Shown here: positions 37,001-47,830 of the stretch, in pieces | Layout of the letters: every line of letters starts with the position of its first letter | Numbering within the stretch: position 1 is the stretch's first letter | NCBI RefSeq assembly: GCF_902652985.1 | Contig: NC_047024.1 | Span: 17,856,001 to 17,920,000 of the forward strand | Reading direction: 5' to 3' | Length of the DNA stretch: 64,000 nucleotides | From: Pecten maximus | Taxonomy: Eukaryota | Translations under genes and position numbers: made by a program | Notes under the pieces: generated by a model | Told to the model about the DNA's origin: nothing | The model's input: the letters and a program-made list of their open reading frames with translations, nothing else | Databases searched by the model: none

Positions 37001-38735
37001 TAGTATCTTAAATGAGTTTTTATTTCATTTAAGGTTTAAGTTAACAAGACATAGATTTTTTTTTTGTTTTTGTTTTTTTGCAAGCTTTGGAAAAGCTTTA
37101 ATTTGGTACCACCTTTTAATCTGAGAAAACTTATATTTTGACAGGTCTGATGTAAAAAAAGACGGCCATTTTGTAATGTCATTCACAATTGATGACATCA
37201 TGTCATTGTCCACATTATAACGTCAAAAATCAGTCTCAGACTTGTACAAGTGTACAGCAAATGAAAAACGCTCAGGATATAATTACACTAGCACTTGTGA
37301 CAAAAAGTATTACACGGGATAATTCATTTGATAGCAGGCCAATTATGTGATAAATGTACAATATGTACATTATATTCATAAGAATGTCATAGAAGATATG
37401 ATAATACACCTTCATACATACAATATGTAATGCTTAAACTAGCTATCTTTAAATTTCCCAGCTTAAATATTTCCTGTAATCTGCCATTTTTGATGTGACA
37501 GTCAGTTTACCTTGCCAATCAGCAAACCTGTGTCAATCAAGACTTATACTGCTGTGTACGTGTATTTACATGGTGAATTAACTCTTTTGTTTAGTGGTAT
37601 ATTATCCAGACTAGTGATAAAATTTGTCAATAATTTTCAATAGTCCTTTTAAAAGCCTCAGCCTATAGGACACCATGCTGGTTTTAAATACTAGCTAGAC
37701 TATAGCTAACTTTGTATTGAAGAACTAATAAAGAGAAATTATCTCTAACCAAGTCAGTTAAAGAAGCAGTTAGCAACTTAGCATTTCTTATACCAGGGTT
37801 ACATATATAAATTAGAGAAAAAATATGTAACTGGTTGGATAGAACCTCAGGCTCAACAACAGTGCAAGTGGCTGTCCACAGCGATGAAAACTTGAATCTT
37901 CCAAAATATCTTAGCTTGTACGTAGCATATATTCACTCAGAAAATCAATACCAACAATCTCAATATGATAAAAACCAGCAGCCAGCTTGTAGCTGCAGGC
38001 ACCAAGAAAAATGTTTGCAGTTTTATTATTTTATCCATGTTCATTTAATTATACACAATATACCTTGCTATCTAGGACAGTGTCCAGAGTACCAACAAGG
38101 AGACCGGTCAACCCTCCTCCTCCGTACCCCTTCCTTCGCTGGAGGATGAAGAAAGGGTTGGCTCTTTCAGTCACCCTGAAATGTAAATATCAAAATGAAA
38201 ACAAGTCTGATTCTATTTTTAGCATTTTTTACCCGGACCTTAAGCTTGAGGCCAGAATACTTTGAAGTATGAACTTGTAAGATTGTATCGAATTTCAATT
38301 GGAGAGGCTAAGATGGTAGATATCTACAAGTAGTGTATATCTGTCTTATGTATATACACGTCAGGCCAAGCCTTACAGATCTCGATAACTGATAGGGTCA
38401 CTGGCCTTGTAAACTGTTTATCTTTCGATTTATCAGTTTGGCCAGACCATAACTTTTTAGTTTTACCAACTGAATACAATATAGATCAAATTGGTTATGT
38501 AATTTAAATAAAAGCAGTTTCATTTATATGAGAATATACATAAATGTTTTATTATTAAAATACGTATCGCGAATACACAGTAATATTGAGGAAATGTAAG
38601 AGGTTCTTCCGAGAGCAAAAGGGACAAGGCTGGGACGACAGGGGGTGTGATACTTTGGAAATGTATGTCATTCGTTTTCAAAAATACAAACCAGAGAGCA
38701 TTTGCCAGCAGGATTTCTTCTGGCTTAAGCCACAT
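13074..38735 (-). CDS. TBC1D9: TBC1 domain family member 9/9B-like Rab-GAP (2 GRAM domains, TBC domain, EF-hand), about 1290 aa, 30 coding exons
   Basis: Exons: 38735-38692, 38175-38064, 36922-36871, 36279-36202, 35655-35569, 34147-34064, 32465-32332, 31368-31303, 31069-30993, 30691-30638, 30227-30155, 29228-29096, 28585-28466, 27956-27865, 27504-27316, 26678-26570, 26183-26089, 25203-25109, 24603-24457, 23902-23791, 23353-23293, 22159-21977, 19602-19492, 19171-19073, 18792-18601, 18053-17873, 17509-17447, 15731-15378, 14971-14868, 13658-13074. Diagnostic peptides: [58 protein letters not shown] (GRAM), [14 protein letters not shown] and GYCQAMN (TBC R- and Q-fingers), [14 protein letters not shown] (EF-hand), [19 protein letters not shown]. 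All junctions are GT-AG and phase-compatible except exon 10/11 (see findings). Confidence 0.96.
16116..16506 (+). mobile_element. TRIM-like non-autonomous LTR retroelement with tRNA-derived sequence in its LTRs
   Basis: LTR1 16116-16274 (TGTAAC...TTTCA) and LTR2 16381-16506 (TGTAAC...TCACA, internally deleted) are diverged direct repeats. The PBS TGGCGCCCCATGTAGGGA at 16276 matches the tRNA-Lys(CTT) 3' complement TGGCGCCCAACGTGGGGC at 14/18. A purine-rich GGATTGGGAGCA precedes LTR2. Internal region is about 106 bp. Confidence 0.75.
16600..17428. mobile_element. Degenerate non-autonomous repeat, HINE/Helentron-like, with an internal CATG-rich insert
   Basis: Repeated ACTATGACTG...ACAAAGTTATG modules, a GGAC/AGAC microsatellite and a terminal short palindrome near 17390-17425. 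The family assignment is inference. Confidence 0.4.
17636..17801. repeat. Tandem repeat of about 52-59 bp, 3 copies
   Basis: ACTGATATCAAACATTTTTAGGGCTGTTCCAAAACTACCAGTGTGGGAGGGG occurs three times, about 70 nt from the exon-26 donor. Confidence 0.85.
18343..18550 (-). mobile_element. tRNA-derived SINE (family A, V-domain-like core)
   Basis: Minus-strand head GGGGCCACGGTGCCGAGTGGTTAAGG (A box), B-box-like GTTTCGAG, core TTTTCTCCGGGTACT...TTTCCTCC, tail CCTGGCTGTTAATAGGACGTTAAAC. Flanks TTACAGACAGC / TTACAGAGAGC resemble a TSD. A second copy is at 22257-22550. Confidence 0.85.
19820..19905. mobile_element. Terminal fragment of a Tc1/mariner/pogo-like MITE
   Basis: Ends GGTCTTTATAGACAGGTTTAACTG-TA, similar to the terminus at 21935-21957; contains internal ACCTGTCTATA repeats. 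Confidence 0.55.
20001..20212 (-). mobile_element. tRNA-derived SINE (family B)
   Basis: Minus-strand head GGGTGGTTGGGTGGCACAGTGGTAA (A box) and GGTTTGATTCC (B box), V-like core GGGTTTTCTCCTGGTTTTCCGGTTTCTTCCCAC, A-rich tail. Confidence 0.75.
20316..21957. mobile_element. Outer Tc1/mariner/pogo-like non-autonomous element (TA TSD), interrupted by a second element
   Basis: TA-CAGTAAAACCTGCTCTAACGGCCACC ... GGTGGCCGCTTTATACAGGTTTGACTG-TA terminal inverted repeats. Confidence 0.75.
20625..21807. mobile_element. Inner Tc1/mariner/pogo-like non-autonomous element, about 1.18 kb
   Basis: TA-CAGTGGAACCTCTATAAACCGAAC ... GTTCGGTTTTCGGAAGTTGCACTG-TA, with subterminal GTTCGGT repeats. No transposase ORF. 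Confidence 0.8.
22257..22550 (-). mobile_element. tRNA-derived SINE (family A) with duplicated 5' head
   Basis: Same family as 18343-18550. The head GGGGCCGCGGTGGCCGARTGGTTAAGG is present twice (starting at 22472 and 22550). TTTGATTGATTT on both flanks is a possible TSD. Confidence 0.88.
25318..25540. mobile_element. Degenerate HINE/Helentron-like fragment
   Basis: Short palindrome TTAGTCCC...GGAGACTAA followed by a GTCC/GTCT microsatellite. The family assignment is inference. Confidence 0.35.
26806..27003. mobile_element. Short HINE/Helentron-like element
   Basis: Starts GAGACATAAATGCCCCC, contains GGGAC/GGGAT repeats and ends with the hairpin TATGCCCCC...GGGGGCATA. Confidence 0.4.
27110..27295. 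repeat. 21-bp tandem repeat next to the exon-15 donor
   Basis: AATTATGGCAATCGACAAGTT, about 5 good copies plus degenerate ones. Confidence 0.85.
27448..27716 (-). repeat. Triplicated intron/exon junction (3' splice site plus start of TBC1D9 exon 15)
   Basis: Three copies of about 84-94 bp. CAG acceptors give exon starts at 27504, 27588 and 27682. Confidence 0.9.
28800..29125 (-). repeat. Tandem repeat of about 51 bp made of the TBC1D9 exon-12 end plus donor, interrupted by a poly(A)-tailed insert
   Basis: Unit (minus strand) CAGAACTACATCTGCTTTGCCAGTAGG|GTAGGTATACTCGCATGA..., about 4 copies. The insert spans 28929-29020. Confidence 0.88.
28929..29020 (-). mobile_element. Short 5'-truncated retroposed fragment
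   Basis: On the minus strand, AATAAA (28962-28957) is followed 13 nt later by A15. Flanks GAAAAG / GACAAG may be a TSD. Confidence 0.55.
32496..32768. mobile_element. hAT-like MITE
   Basis: Termini CAGGGCTC...GAGCCCTG. Flanks GTCATTTA / TCATTATC resemble a degraded 8-bp TSD. Confidence 0.55.
33443..33612. repeat. 42-bp tandem repeat, 4 copies
   Basis: ACATTATTTACCAATATGTAAATAACCCATGATATATAACTT x4. Confidence 0.9.
34452..34636 (+). mobile_element. Possible solo LTR containing a tRNA-like segment
   Basis: TGTAA...TCACA ends, with internal A-box-like TGGCTGAGGAGG and B-box-like GGTTGGATTCC. Flanks are TAAT / TACT. Confidence 0.4.
34719..35603 (-). repeat. 37-bp minisatellite (about 24 copies) built from the last 35 nt of TBC1D9 exon 5 plus GT
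   Basis: Unit (minus strand) AAGTCTGCTAGCCAATCAAGTGAAGAGAGAAGATG|GT. The first copy is the coding exon end ([12 protein letters not shown]). Confidence 0.96.
36495..36858. mobile_element. hAT-like MITE with a perfect 8-bp TSD
   Basis: TSD ATGATAAC at 36487-36494 and 36859-36866. Termini TAGTGTTG...CAACACTT, with ATCGAT-rich subterminal motifs. Confidence 0.8.
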
Positions 38736-41700
38736 AATGGCAGATTAGAGATAACCAAACATTCTTGACAGTAAGCAACGTGTCGGTTTTGTATTAATAG
38801 ACATGAACATGCACTCGTCAGCTGACTGCCATTACTGGCGTTAGGATTGTCTCGGTAGCGTTTATCGTTTTTAATAGATAGCTTCAGAGGTATTCCGAAA
38901 TATAATGTTTACGTTTTCTCGTGATCTCGTCCGACTGTGATCATTGTAACATTTTAGGTTATATGACACGTGGGAAATGATACTTTAATGACGCAGCGGT
39001 ATTAGTCATAAAATAAAACGATACTTGTCAACAGATCACATGTTTTATTCAAATATTTAAATTGCAAGAAAAAACAAATAATGCGCGGGAAAATTTGATT
39101 TCATATGACTAGGTAGACTAAAATAGTCTTGTCTGCGTTGTAAAGGTCGCATCTTCCAATGAACTAATTTAGTAATTATATGCCCCGGTACAGTTTTAAT
39201 TGTTGCATTGCAAGGAAAAAAAAGAAAGAAAGAAAAAACGCTCTAAAATACCAATCGGAAAACAATCTAGATTTCTATTCCTCTCAACATCAAGTGAAAT
39301 ATTGTGCATGTACACAAGTTTCTCAGAAAGCATTTGACTTTTCATGAGACAACATGCATGGTGGACGAAATTAGCAATCGGAGTAGATAATGTCGTTTTG
39401 GAAGAATTTATTTAGAACCTAGTTTAAAATTTCTTTTATTTCACTTTAAAGTTGTTACAACAATGAACAGTTAAGAGAAATGGAAACAGGAACACGTGTC
39501 ACAGCAGCTTATCTAACTTGACCTATCACCGGTAAAAATGGAATGTCTGACGGAAACTTGATTAATTAGGCCTTGGACACTCAACATTTAAAAGGGCCCG
39601 GGAAACATATCCCTGGCGTACTCCATGGAACAGTCTATTCACAAATCGCTAAAAGGGTAAAAAACATATAATGATAATGATGATAATAAAACAAGGAAAC
39701 CTGGTACATCTTAATGGACATATTAAATTATTGACATTCTTAATTCATTTGTCACTTTTTCATGGGTATTCAAAAACATTTTCTAGCAGAGCTTTTCTGG
39801 ATCGTTGAGCAAAAAAACCTTCACTTTTTCGCCACAATATTCGTTTGGTGTCTTGGTGATAAAATGAAATGCATTATTTGGTACTTGTAGTAATCATTTT
39901 ATCCAAGGACAACCACTAAAACATGATCCTAAGCGATGCTGTTGTCACAGAATATAATTTATTGCGACCTTGCATTTTGACCAAATCATGAAATCCTCCT
40001 CGGTTACTAGAACGTAATTAATGATTATATATATAATACACGTTTTAAAAGCTAATTATTACAAAACTTGCATTTAAACGTAAATGTGGCCGGTTCCTTT
40101 CTAGAAGGGAGCTTGGGGTTTAAAATATTTGAGGAGCCTCGATGCAGGGATATTTTTGAATGTGTGTATTGCAATTTCATTCTCATCAAGTGAACAATTC
40201 AATTTTGTTTTACTGCCTGAAATACTTTGGGATATTATCTCCCTTAGCACAATTCAGTTCGAAATCGCAGAAAAAAATGCAATTTTCAAGCTTTGATATG
40301 TTTAACACAATATATTAATTCTTTAAGGTAAATAAGAATCCTAAAAGAAGTTGTTCATGTTTTTATTTTCCCTCGATAATACAGACAATGCATGCATTGT
40401 TGTTACCCACGATAATAACTACAAAAAAATCATGTGAAAATCTGGACATTGATTTGATGTCAGCTAATTGTATTTTATACGTGGAGTCAATTAATCTCAG
40501 CTGATTCCTACTTTAGAAGAGATGCTCGCTTTTATATTTAAATATCCATCAATATCGCGCGTGCTTGCCATTAGTCTGGTGAGCGCTGACTGGCAGCGAT
40601 ATCGACCTTGGTCTTCATACCCGAGTACGGGAGTGTCAGTCTGGAAGATTTTTGTTCATAAGTATTGAGACTGATCCGAGGACCAGTTCATGCCGGTAAG
40701 TTAAACACATATAAAAGTCTTATAACTAAGTATTTTAATTTCTAACCTATAATCTCATACCTATTAATGTTAAGTTTTGTTTTGGTTTGTTTGTTGTTGT
40801 TTTTTTTCTCTCTCTCAAATTTGTACTTGTAGTCTATTTGATAGACATTGAATTTAAGATGTATAATCGGAAAGGCAGCGCCTTGAACATTTGTGATCTG
40901 GAAAGCAAAAGATATCTTTTAAACCAGTTATTGTCAAATATTGGATAAGTTTAACATAACAAATCGGCAACATTTCATGTTCTGAATGAAAAGTGACATT
41001 GTTGAATATTTTAGAACGAATTCTGAATGAAATGAAAAAATAACATATTTCTCCATAGTTTATATATGACAATGTCTCCCATTATCATTATGCCTGTCAA
41101 ATACCGACAGAATTCCTTCAAGCATTCTTAAAACTTGTTTCTTGTGTTGTAACTGCTATTTTATTGCATTTCACATTAACTGTGGAATTTAGTTTTGTAT
41201 AGTTGAATATTACCAATATGTTGTTTCATTTTTTTAATATTTTATCATTTTCTGATTTTTTTTCTTTGAAAAAAAATTACAACAACCTAATATCTCATTC
41301 CTGCGAAATGGTGGTTGAAATTCCACATGTTTCTTTTACCGTTTAATTTGGTGTAGTATAGTGCGATGTAGCGTAGGAACGTCATTCAGAACGGGATATT
41401 TCTTCTTTATCGTCCTTTTCATTCCTATGTCCATGGATTGTTTTCTTAAACGTCTGTTTCTGTACCCTGACGGGCACAATGTAATGCTTTTGAAATCTAA
41501 TATGTATCATGCTGTTAAGTTTTGAAGGTTAATACCAGTGATGAGTGAATTGTCAACACGATTTTTCAGGATGAGTGACATAGTGTGTCACTATTTGAAA
41601 TATATTCTCTTGCTTAACAAATGTATCCATGTATTATATCATATGTCCTGTACAATTCTGTATGTATGCCGTTCTCTAAACTTTATATGTTTATGAGAAT

Positions 41701-42176
41701 AAAATATTGTCATTGTCATTGTCATGAGATGACGTTTCAAAGTTAGACATCATCCATAGACACGGTCTTTATGTCACATTTGCTACAGACTGGATAATGA
41801 ATGAAAACATACCGAACAAGCCATAAGCTCTTCATTTTTAGATTTCTTGTGTATATTATTACATTAAAATGTCATATTTTCCAATATGGTTTAATTATAC
41901 CCTAGTGTAGTAATTAATCCCTCTGGCTTTGGATCAGAAGGTCGTGAGTTCAATACTACTGACGACAGTGACAGTTGATTTTTTACAGAGAGGTAACCAT
42001 TTATCCTTCAAGAATGACGAAAAAGTGCCATCAATAAGCTTTAACAAAGCTTTCAAAGACACCAAGACTGTGATTGTATGATTCTGTACAACAAAGACTG
42101 TGCCGAATGCCTTGATGGCTTCACATTTCATTTGCCAACATTGACGTTTTTCTTTTTCAGGTTGAAATTTGTGACG

Positions 42177-45100
42177 ATGCCGACCATTGTTCAGATGTTT
42201 GCGCATGAAGATGGGAATTTGGCGGGCGGGTACAGTACTCAAAATTTCATGGAGGTGAGGAATAACATCCGCCTTGTTATGCTATGTGTGGATATCTGTC
42301 TAAGGAACGTTGCCTGTATGAGTATTTTCTACAATACCTTGTCGAAGGCCTGTAGACTTCATGACAATGTCTTCTACAACCCCGACTCGTTTGTCTTGGA
42401 ACCAGGATGGCACTATTACAGAACCGTAGGAGGTAAGAACTGTACCGATGGTGAGGACCAAACGTTTAGAAATTCAAAGATGTTCTGATCAATTCGGTAA
42501 TTCGGGACATTGGATAAATAACAATAAAGAGAATACTAGTAATGTATAGTACTATATAGTAATATATTGTATTGTAATGTATTGTAATATATAATAGTTT
42601 ACAGTAGTGTACAGCAATGTATAGTAATATAAAGTACTTTATAGTAATGTATTAAAGTAATGTAAACTAGTGTATAAAAATGTATAGTAATTTAGCATTA
42701 TAGATAATAATGTTAAGTAATTCATAGTAGTGTATAGTAATGCATATTAATGCAGAGTAGTGTATATAATATGTTGTAATATATAATAGTGTATAGCAAT
42801 GTATAGCAGATATATAGTATACATTAATATACAATATATAAAATCGCTTTATGATATTCTTGCCACTTTCCTGCACTTCAACATGTTTCTTCTTTCACGT
42901 TCCTGATTTCCATATGCGTTTTATTGCATTCTATTTACATCTGTGTCTTTAATTGTTGACACGTTAAGTTGTGGAGTAGAGGGCTTCTATAATTTGTAAT
43001 CTCTTGTGCCCAATGCTTTTACTAGATTTTAAGAAGCATTAAAATATGCTCAAATTAAATTAGTAAAAGTAAACTCAATACTATTAAAGTAACATCAGTG
43101 AAATAATCTCTGACAAGGTTTTTTGTTATCTCGTCAGGTCTTTAACAATTAAATCTTAATTTAAAAAACAAACAAACAAACAAACAACAAACAAGCAAAC
43201 AAGCAAACAAACAAAAAACAAAAAACAATAGTGGTCTAAAAAAAATAGGTGATTGTCCATTGTTGATTTCCAGCAGTGGCTAAACTACATTCACCTTCTC
43301 GTTGTGACAGAGACAAATATATATCCACGTGACGTCATCCTGTCAGAATCAATCGATAGTAATATACAGGATATGATGGGAATAGATATGTTGTGATGAT
43401 GCTGTTCACTCTTTGGTGTATCTCCAAATATAATTACACGCATGACTGAACACAGGGAGAAAATTTAATTACAACGCTTTCAACCAAAACATATCAATAT
43501 GTTTTACACCTTTGATATATTGAATAACTTGTTCTACCTCGATTTAACGGTTCCTGATAATGGTTGGCCTTGATGTTTTGCAGTCAAATCATACCATACA
43601 CATGTACATGACACATTTAATCAACAAAGACGAACCAGTTGACACGTGAGATAAGTATCTGCTTATGGTATGTTCTATAGAGAAGAGAGAACATAGACGT
43701 GGTAGTCAATAATTTTAAAATAAATAGGTCTAGTTTTATCTACAATCAAAAACATTCTCCTATTTTGAAATGAGTTGCATATGACAATCTAAAATAAACT
43801 TCTCTTAGGAAAAAATTAAATAGCAAACCAATATCATTTCAGGAACAATAAAAGGACTCTATAAACATTATTGCCTACATCAGCGAAAACATTGTAAATG
43901 GGAAGTCGACGTCATATCTGGCTACTAACATTCAACGATGACTCGTTGTCGCTGATTTTTTATGACAATCTCTTTTTGATACTGATAGAGAAATTATAGC
44001 ACAGAAGGTAATATTATATACATATATGCGTTTTATGGATATATATTTCTTACTTTATCACAGTGATACACCAAAGCATCAAAATAATGCCAACGTTTTA
44101 AAAATCTGAATTATTGCTAAAAGACACTGGCTGTTAATAGGACGTTAAAAAAAAAACCTAACCCCCCCCCCCCCCCCCAAAAAAAACCACAAAAAAAACC
44201 ACAAAACTTATTCTGTTCAGAAATGAGACAAACAATGATACCTGGTAACCTGGAATTGTATTTTGTAAATAGATAAGATATAGATAAGTAGATGAAGTCC
44301 ACAAAAATTCTCGCTCTTAAACTAAGAACCGTGTTAGTGATAGCGAAATTTCCGCAATGAGATCCTGATGAAAATGCCTTTGTGTTTATACTTATCTTGA
44401 GACCATGTGCTATCTATTTGAGAAGCAAATATTGGAAAGAAACCTTTGGATATCGATCGAAATTTGTTACACTGAATATCATATGTTTCGGAAACATGTC
44501 ACGCTTTATTTGTGACAAGAAGACGGTGTCCCTGTTAGCTGGATTCGAACTAATGATCACTGTCGTAACGAATAACATGATGAGCCACGTTATCATACAT
44601 CTATACTACATGCTGAATTGAAGGCATCTTATATTTCTATGTCGTAAACGAACAATAATTTGTCTTTCCTACGTTTACTAATACCTACGATTGAGGAAAA
44701 TGCTTTTGGCGTCACTGACAGCGTTTACACACGTTGATCAGAATGTTTCTTTTTTTGTTTTTTTTTGGGGTTCTTTTTTGTGTGTTTTCGATTAAAATAC
44801 ATGTATGATGGAAACTATTTCGATTTTAAGTTTATGAAGTATATTTCTTTTCAGTAACCATTTTACATACGTACACTAAAAACCTCGATTTTTAGTTCCG
44901 AAAACTACCCAGAGTTAACATTTGCTAGTGAAGGACTCGGGAAGATGAAACCCAGTAACTTTGATCAGTCTCTTTTGTTTCCCAATTCACATGCAGATCC
45001 TAAATGTGATGTCTACCATGGATTCGTTCATCAACGAGACGCAGGATTTTGTTATCGGGCAGAATCTGACCTCCTCACCTCCTCACATGCAGAAAACGCA

Positions 45101-47666
45101 TGCGCAGCGAAAAGTTCCGCTTTAGCCATTCTGGACAATGCACAGAAACAAAATGTGGTGGTCGGAACCCTTAACTTTCTATCAAGTAAGCAAATACTGT
45201 TGATTCGATAATGACAATCCACGCTAAGAAATATCAGCGATTCTCATGAAAATATACCTTCGGTTTTCGTTAGGGTCAATGGCGTCTGTTGCTGCATGGC
45301 TTTAGATTGTGATGTTTGCATCTGTCCCATATCCTTAGAAACCTTAGACAAATGATTAATCTCTAAAACGGGATATATTTCATATCAAATACAAATCAAG
45401 CCATTAAGAATGGTAAGTTGGCCTGGTATCGGTAATGTGTACCTAGTGGGAAATCGAATACTAATACTATTAGTACTTTGGAAACCTTTACCAACTGAAA
45501 TATGAGAGGACCAATATACTGCTACAGACTGATCGTAATAATAACCGCTCAAATACTTTGTTTATAAGTAGTAATCAAATATGCCAAGATAAAATGCTCA
45601 GAAAAGATGTTAGCGATATGACTTTCGACAAAATGTATGAATGTTTAAAAAAAAAAGGATAAATAAATAAATGAATAAATATATAAATAGAACTATTTTA
45701 AGAGCAGTTTAAATGATGAAAAAAAATTAAATCGGAATTCCCACCAAAGAAACAATATAAAGGAATTATATTTACATATGGACCATGCATTTTTACTATC
45801 ATTAATATTATATTGTTTTTCTCTACGTTAACTCGATTTTATTGTGTTTTCCTAGCCAAAGATCCTGCCCCGGCCCAGATATCAACTGTGGAACCAGTTT
45901 TACAAGGATGCTACATGATTTCTGAGGTTGACAACCTTAGCACACAGTTTACCGGTGATCTGGCGCTGACAGTGCAGAAGTGTTTCGATGTATGTCAACC
46001 ATTGGGTAGAACGCATACCATGCTTGAGGTACGTTTGATAATAATGCAAATGAAGTACTGTACATATATATATCAATATAAAATGACGTATCTATTTCGG
46101 GATATTGAAATCTTGTCCCATTACTGAATTCAAATAGATTAGCAATTATTGGCACAGCCACAGAACTTGCCACAGAAAACAATTAACAGAAACTGCAATT
46201 AGCGAAAAAAATATAGTGGTAGTGGAATGTTTTTAGCGCGAAAAACGCTAGGATAAGACAACCACTAAAATGCGTACGTTTACAGTAAAACATAGAAATT
46301 TGCACTGCAGTGTCGTTATATATAAATCTATTATAGTTGTAAGTTCCGTTTCGGGTTATAGGAATTCGAACTGAAATGAGTACAGTAAGAATACGGACGC
46401 GATAAGAATGTAAACAATTAATGCTAGTCACACTTGACTCTCGTTTGGACGAAAGTTATAGAAAACATCATTGCTTTATTTTTTCGTGTGGATTACCATA
46501 TTGTATCACTTCCGATTAGAAGAATCGATTTGGTAGTAAGAACGTACACGTTTTCAAGGGTTTCCTTTGATCATTAATTTTGAGTATATGCTAAAAACAG
46601 TGAAAATGATAGAGAAGTTACCAATAAAAATAGAAACTTTACATAATGCAATTTTTGTTTGTAAATTGTTTCCACAGAATGATTTGTATCTTTTTCTCTC
46701 TTTTTTTTACGTTGCTTAGATACAGACAAAATGTCACTGTGGTGATCTCAAGGCTAATGCAGCAAAAATTGCCGACGCAGGTTGTAATAAGATATGTTCT
46801 GACGGAAAGTTTTGCGGGAACTTATCCGGGATGTATGCAACATACGAGCATGTTACCACCTCTACAGCCGGTAAGATCCACAAAGATACACCACACATAA
46901 ATGTACACAGTTCTTAAAATGTTAAACTACTGAAGTGAACGATAGATTTTGTATATAATTGCATTACTCCAATTGAAATAAAAACCGAAACGAAGTCATT
47001 GTATATCCTATTTAACCAAATAAACATTAACGAAGGCATACTTAATATGTTATGTTAAATTTATCTACGTTCCAATATATATATATCAAGGAAAAGTATA
47101 GAGTCTTTCTTTAAAAGAACAAATTGCCGGCTAAGTATATTCTCTATATTCTCATATAAGCAAGTACGGTGAAAAAAGACGCGCGTGATATATATTTTGA
47201 GTAGTTGTTCTCTCAAAATAAATATTGAATACATTTAAAGTTTAATCTATGACATTGGGAATTGAATCCTAGTCTACTGATAAACAATATGTAGACAAAT
47301 CCAAACGTTTCAGACGAGTCCCATATTTTACCACTGTATCTCTCAATTTTTATTCAAATGTGCTTATATCTTCTGTGACATTTGTAAAATCCTTTGGATG
47401 GTTTCAGTTGACACCAGTTTGAATATTGTTGTCTGTTTGTTATAGGTCCTAGTTTCGTTGGGTTTTACATAGGAGCAACATTAAACGCAACTGCTGTCCA
47501 ATGGATCTGGAGGGATACAACACTAGTTGTGTACAATGCGTTCGATACATCAGACGACTCCCCGCTATCAGAAACCTGTGCTGTGATGTCATCAGATGTT
47601 GCGTACAAGTGGTATTCAGAAGCGTGTACCTACACTGCTGGATATGTCTGTGAAGTTGATCTCTAA
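42177..47666 (+). CDS. PAN/Apple domain plus C-type lectin-like domain with an inserted WSC domain, about 329 aa
   Basis: Exons 42177(ATG; acceptor at 42160)-42432 (PAN-like CVDICLRNVACMSIFYN...CRL), 44997-45185 (CTLD N-half: C..GF..GFCY...AENAC....LAILD), 45856-46028 and 46720-46870 (WSC: GCY...LTVQKCFDVC...LE / KCHCG...CNKICSDGKFCG), 47446-47666 (CTLD C-half: FYIG...WIWRD...CAVM...W...C...YVCE, TAA). All GT-AG and phase-compatible, 990 nt in total. The true N-terminus is uncertain; a probable upstream exon ends at 40695. Confidence 0.85.
42535..42835. repeat. Degenerate low-complexity repeat of about 10 bp
   Basis: GTATAGTAAT-like units. Confidence 0.6.
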
Positions 47667-47830
47667 GATGTTATGACGAATATAGCATCAAATGTCATGT
47701 TTTGTGCCGGCGATATGATACTTTGTTTCTTATCCTGGACAGGGTAATCCCCAATTTTACCAGTGTGAGATTTTCTTTTCTTTTACCATGGACAGGGTTA
47801 TCCGCAGTTTTACCAGGGTGAGATTTTCTT

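Noticed and set aside
41938-41992. Possible extra lectin-gene exon (AG...GT bounded, hydrophobic)
   Set aside because: It ends in phase 1 and creates a stop when joined to 42161. The sequence looks like a degenerate tRNA/SINE head (GGTCGTGAGTTCAA).
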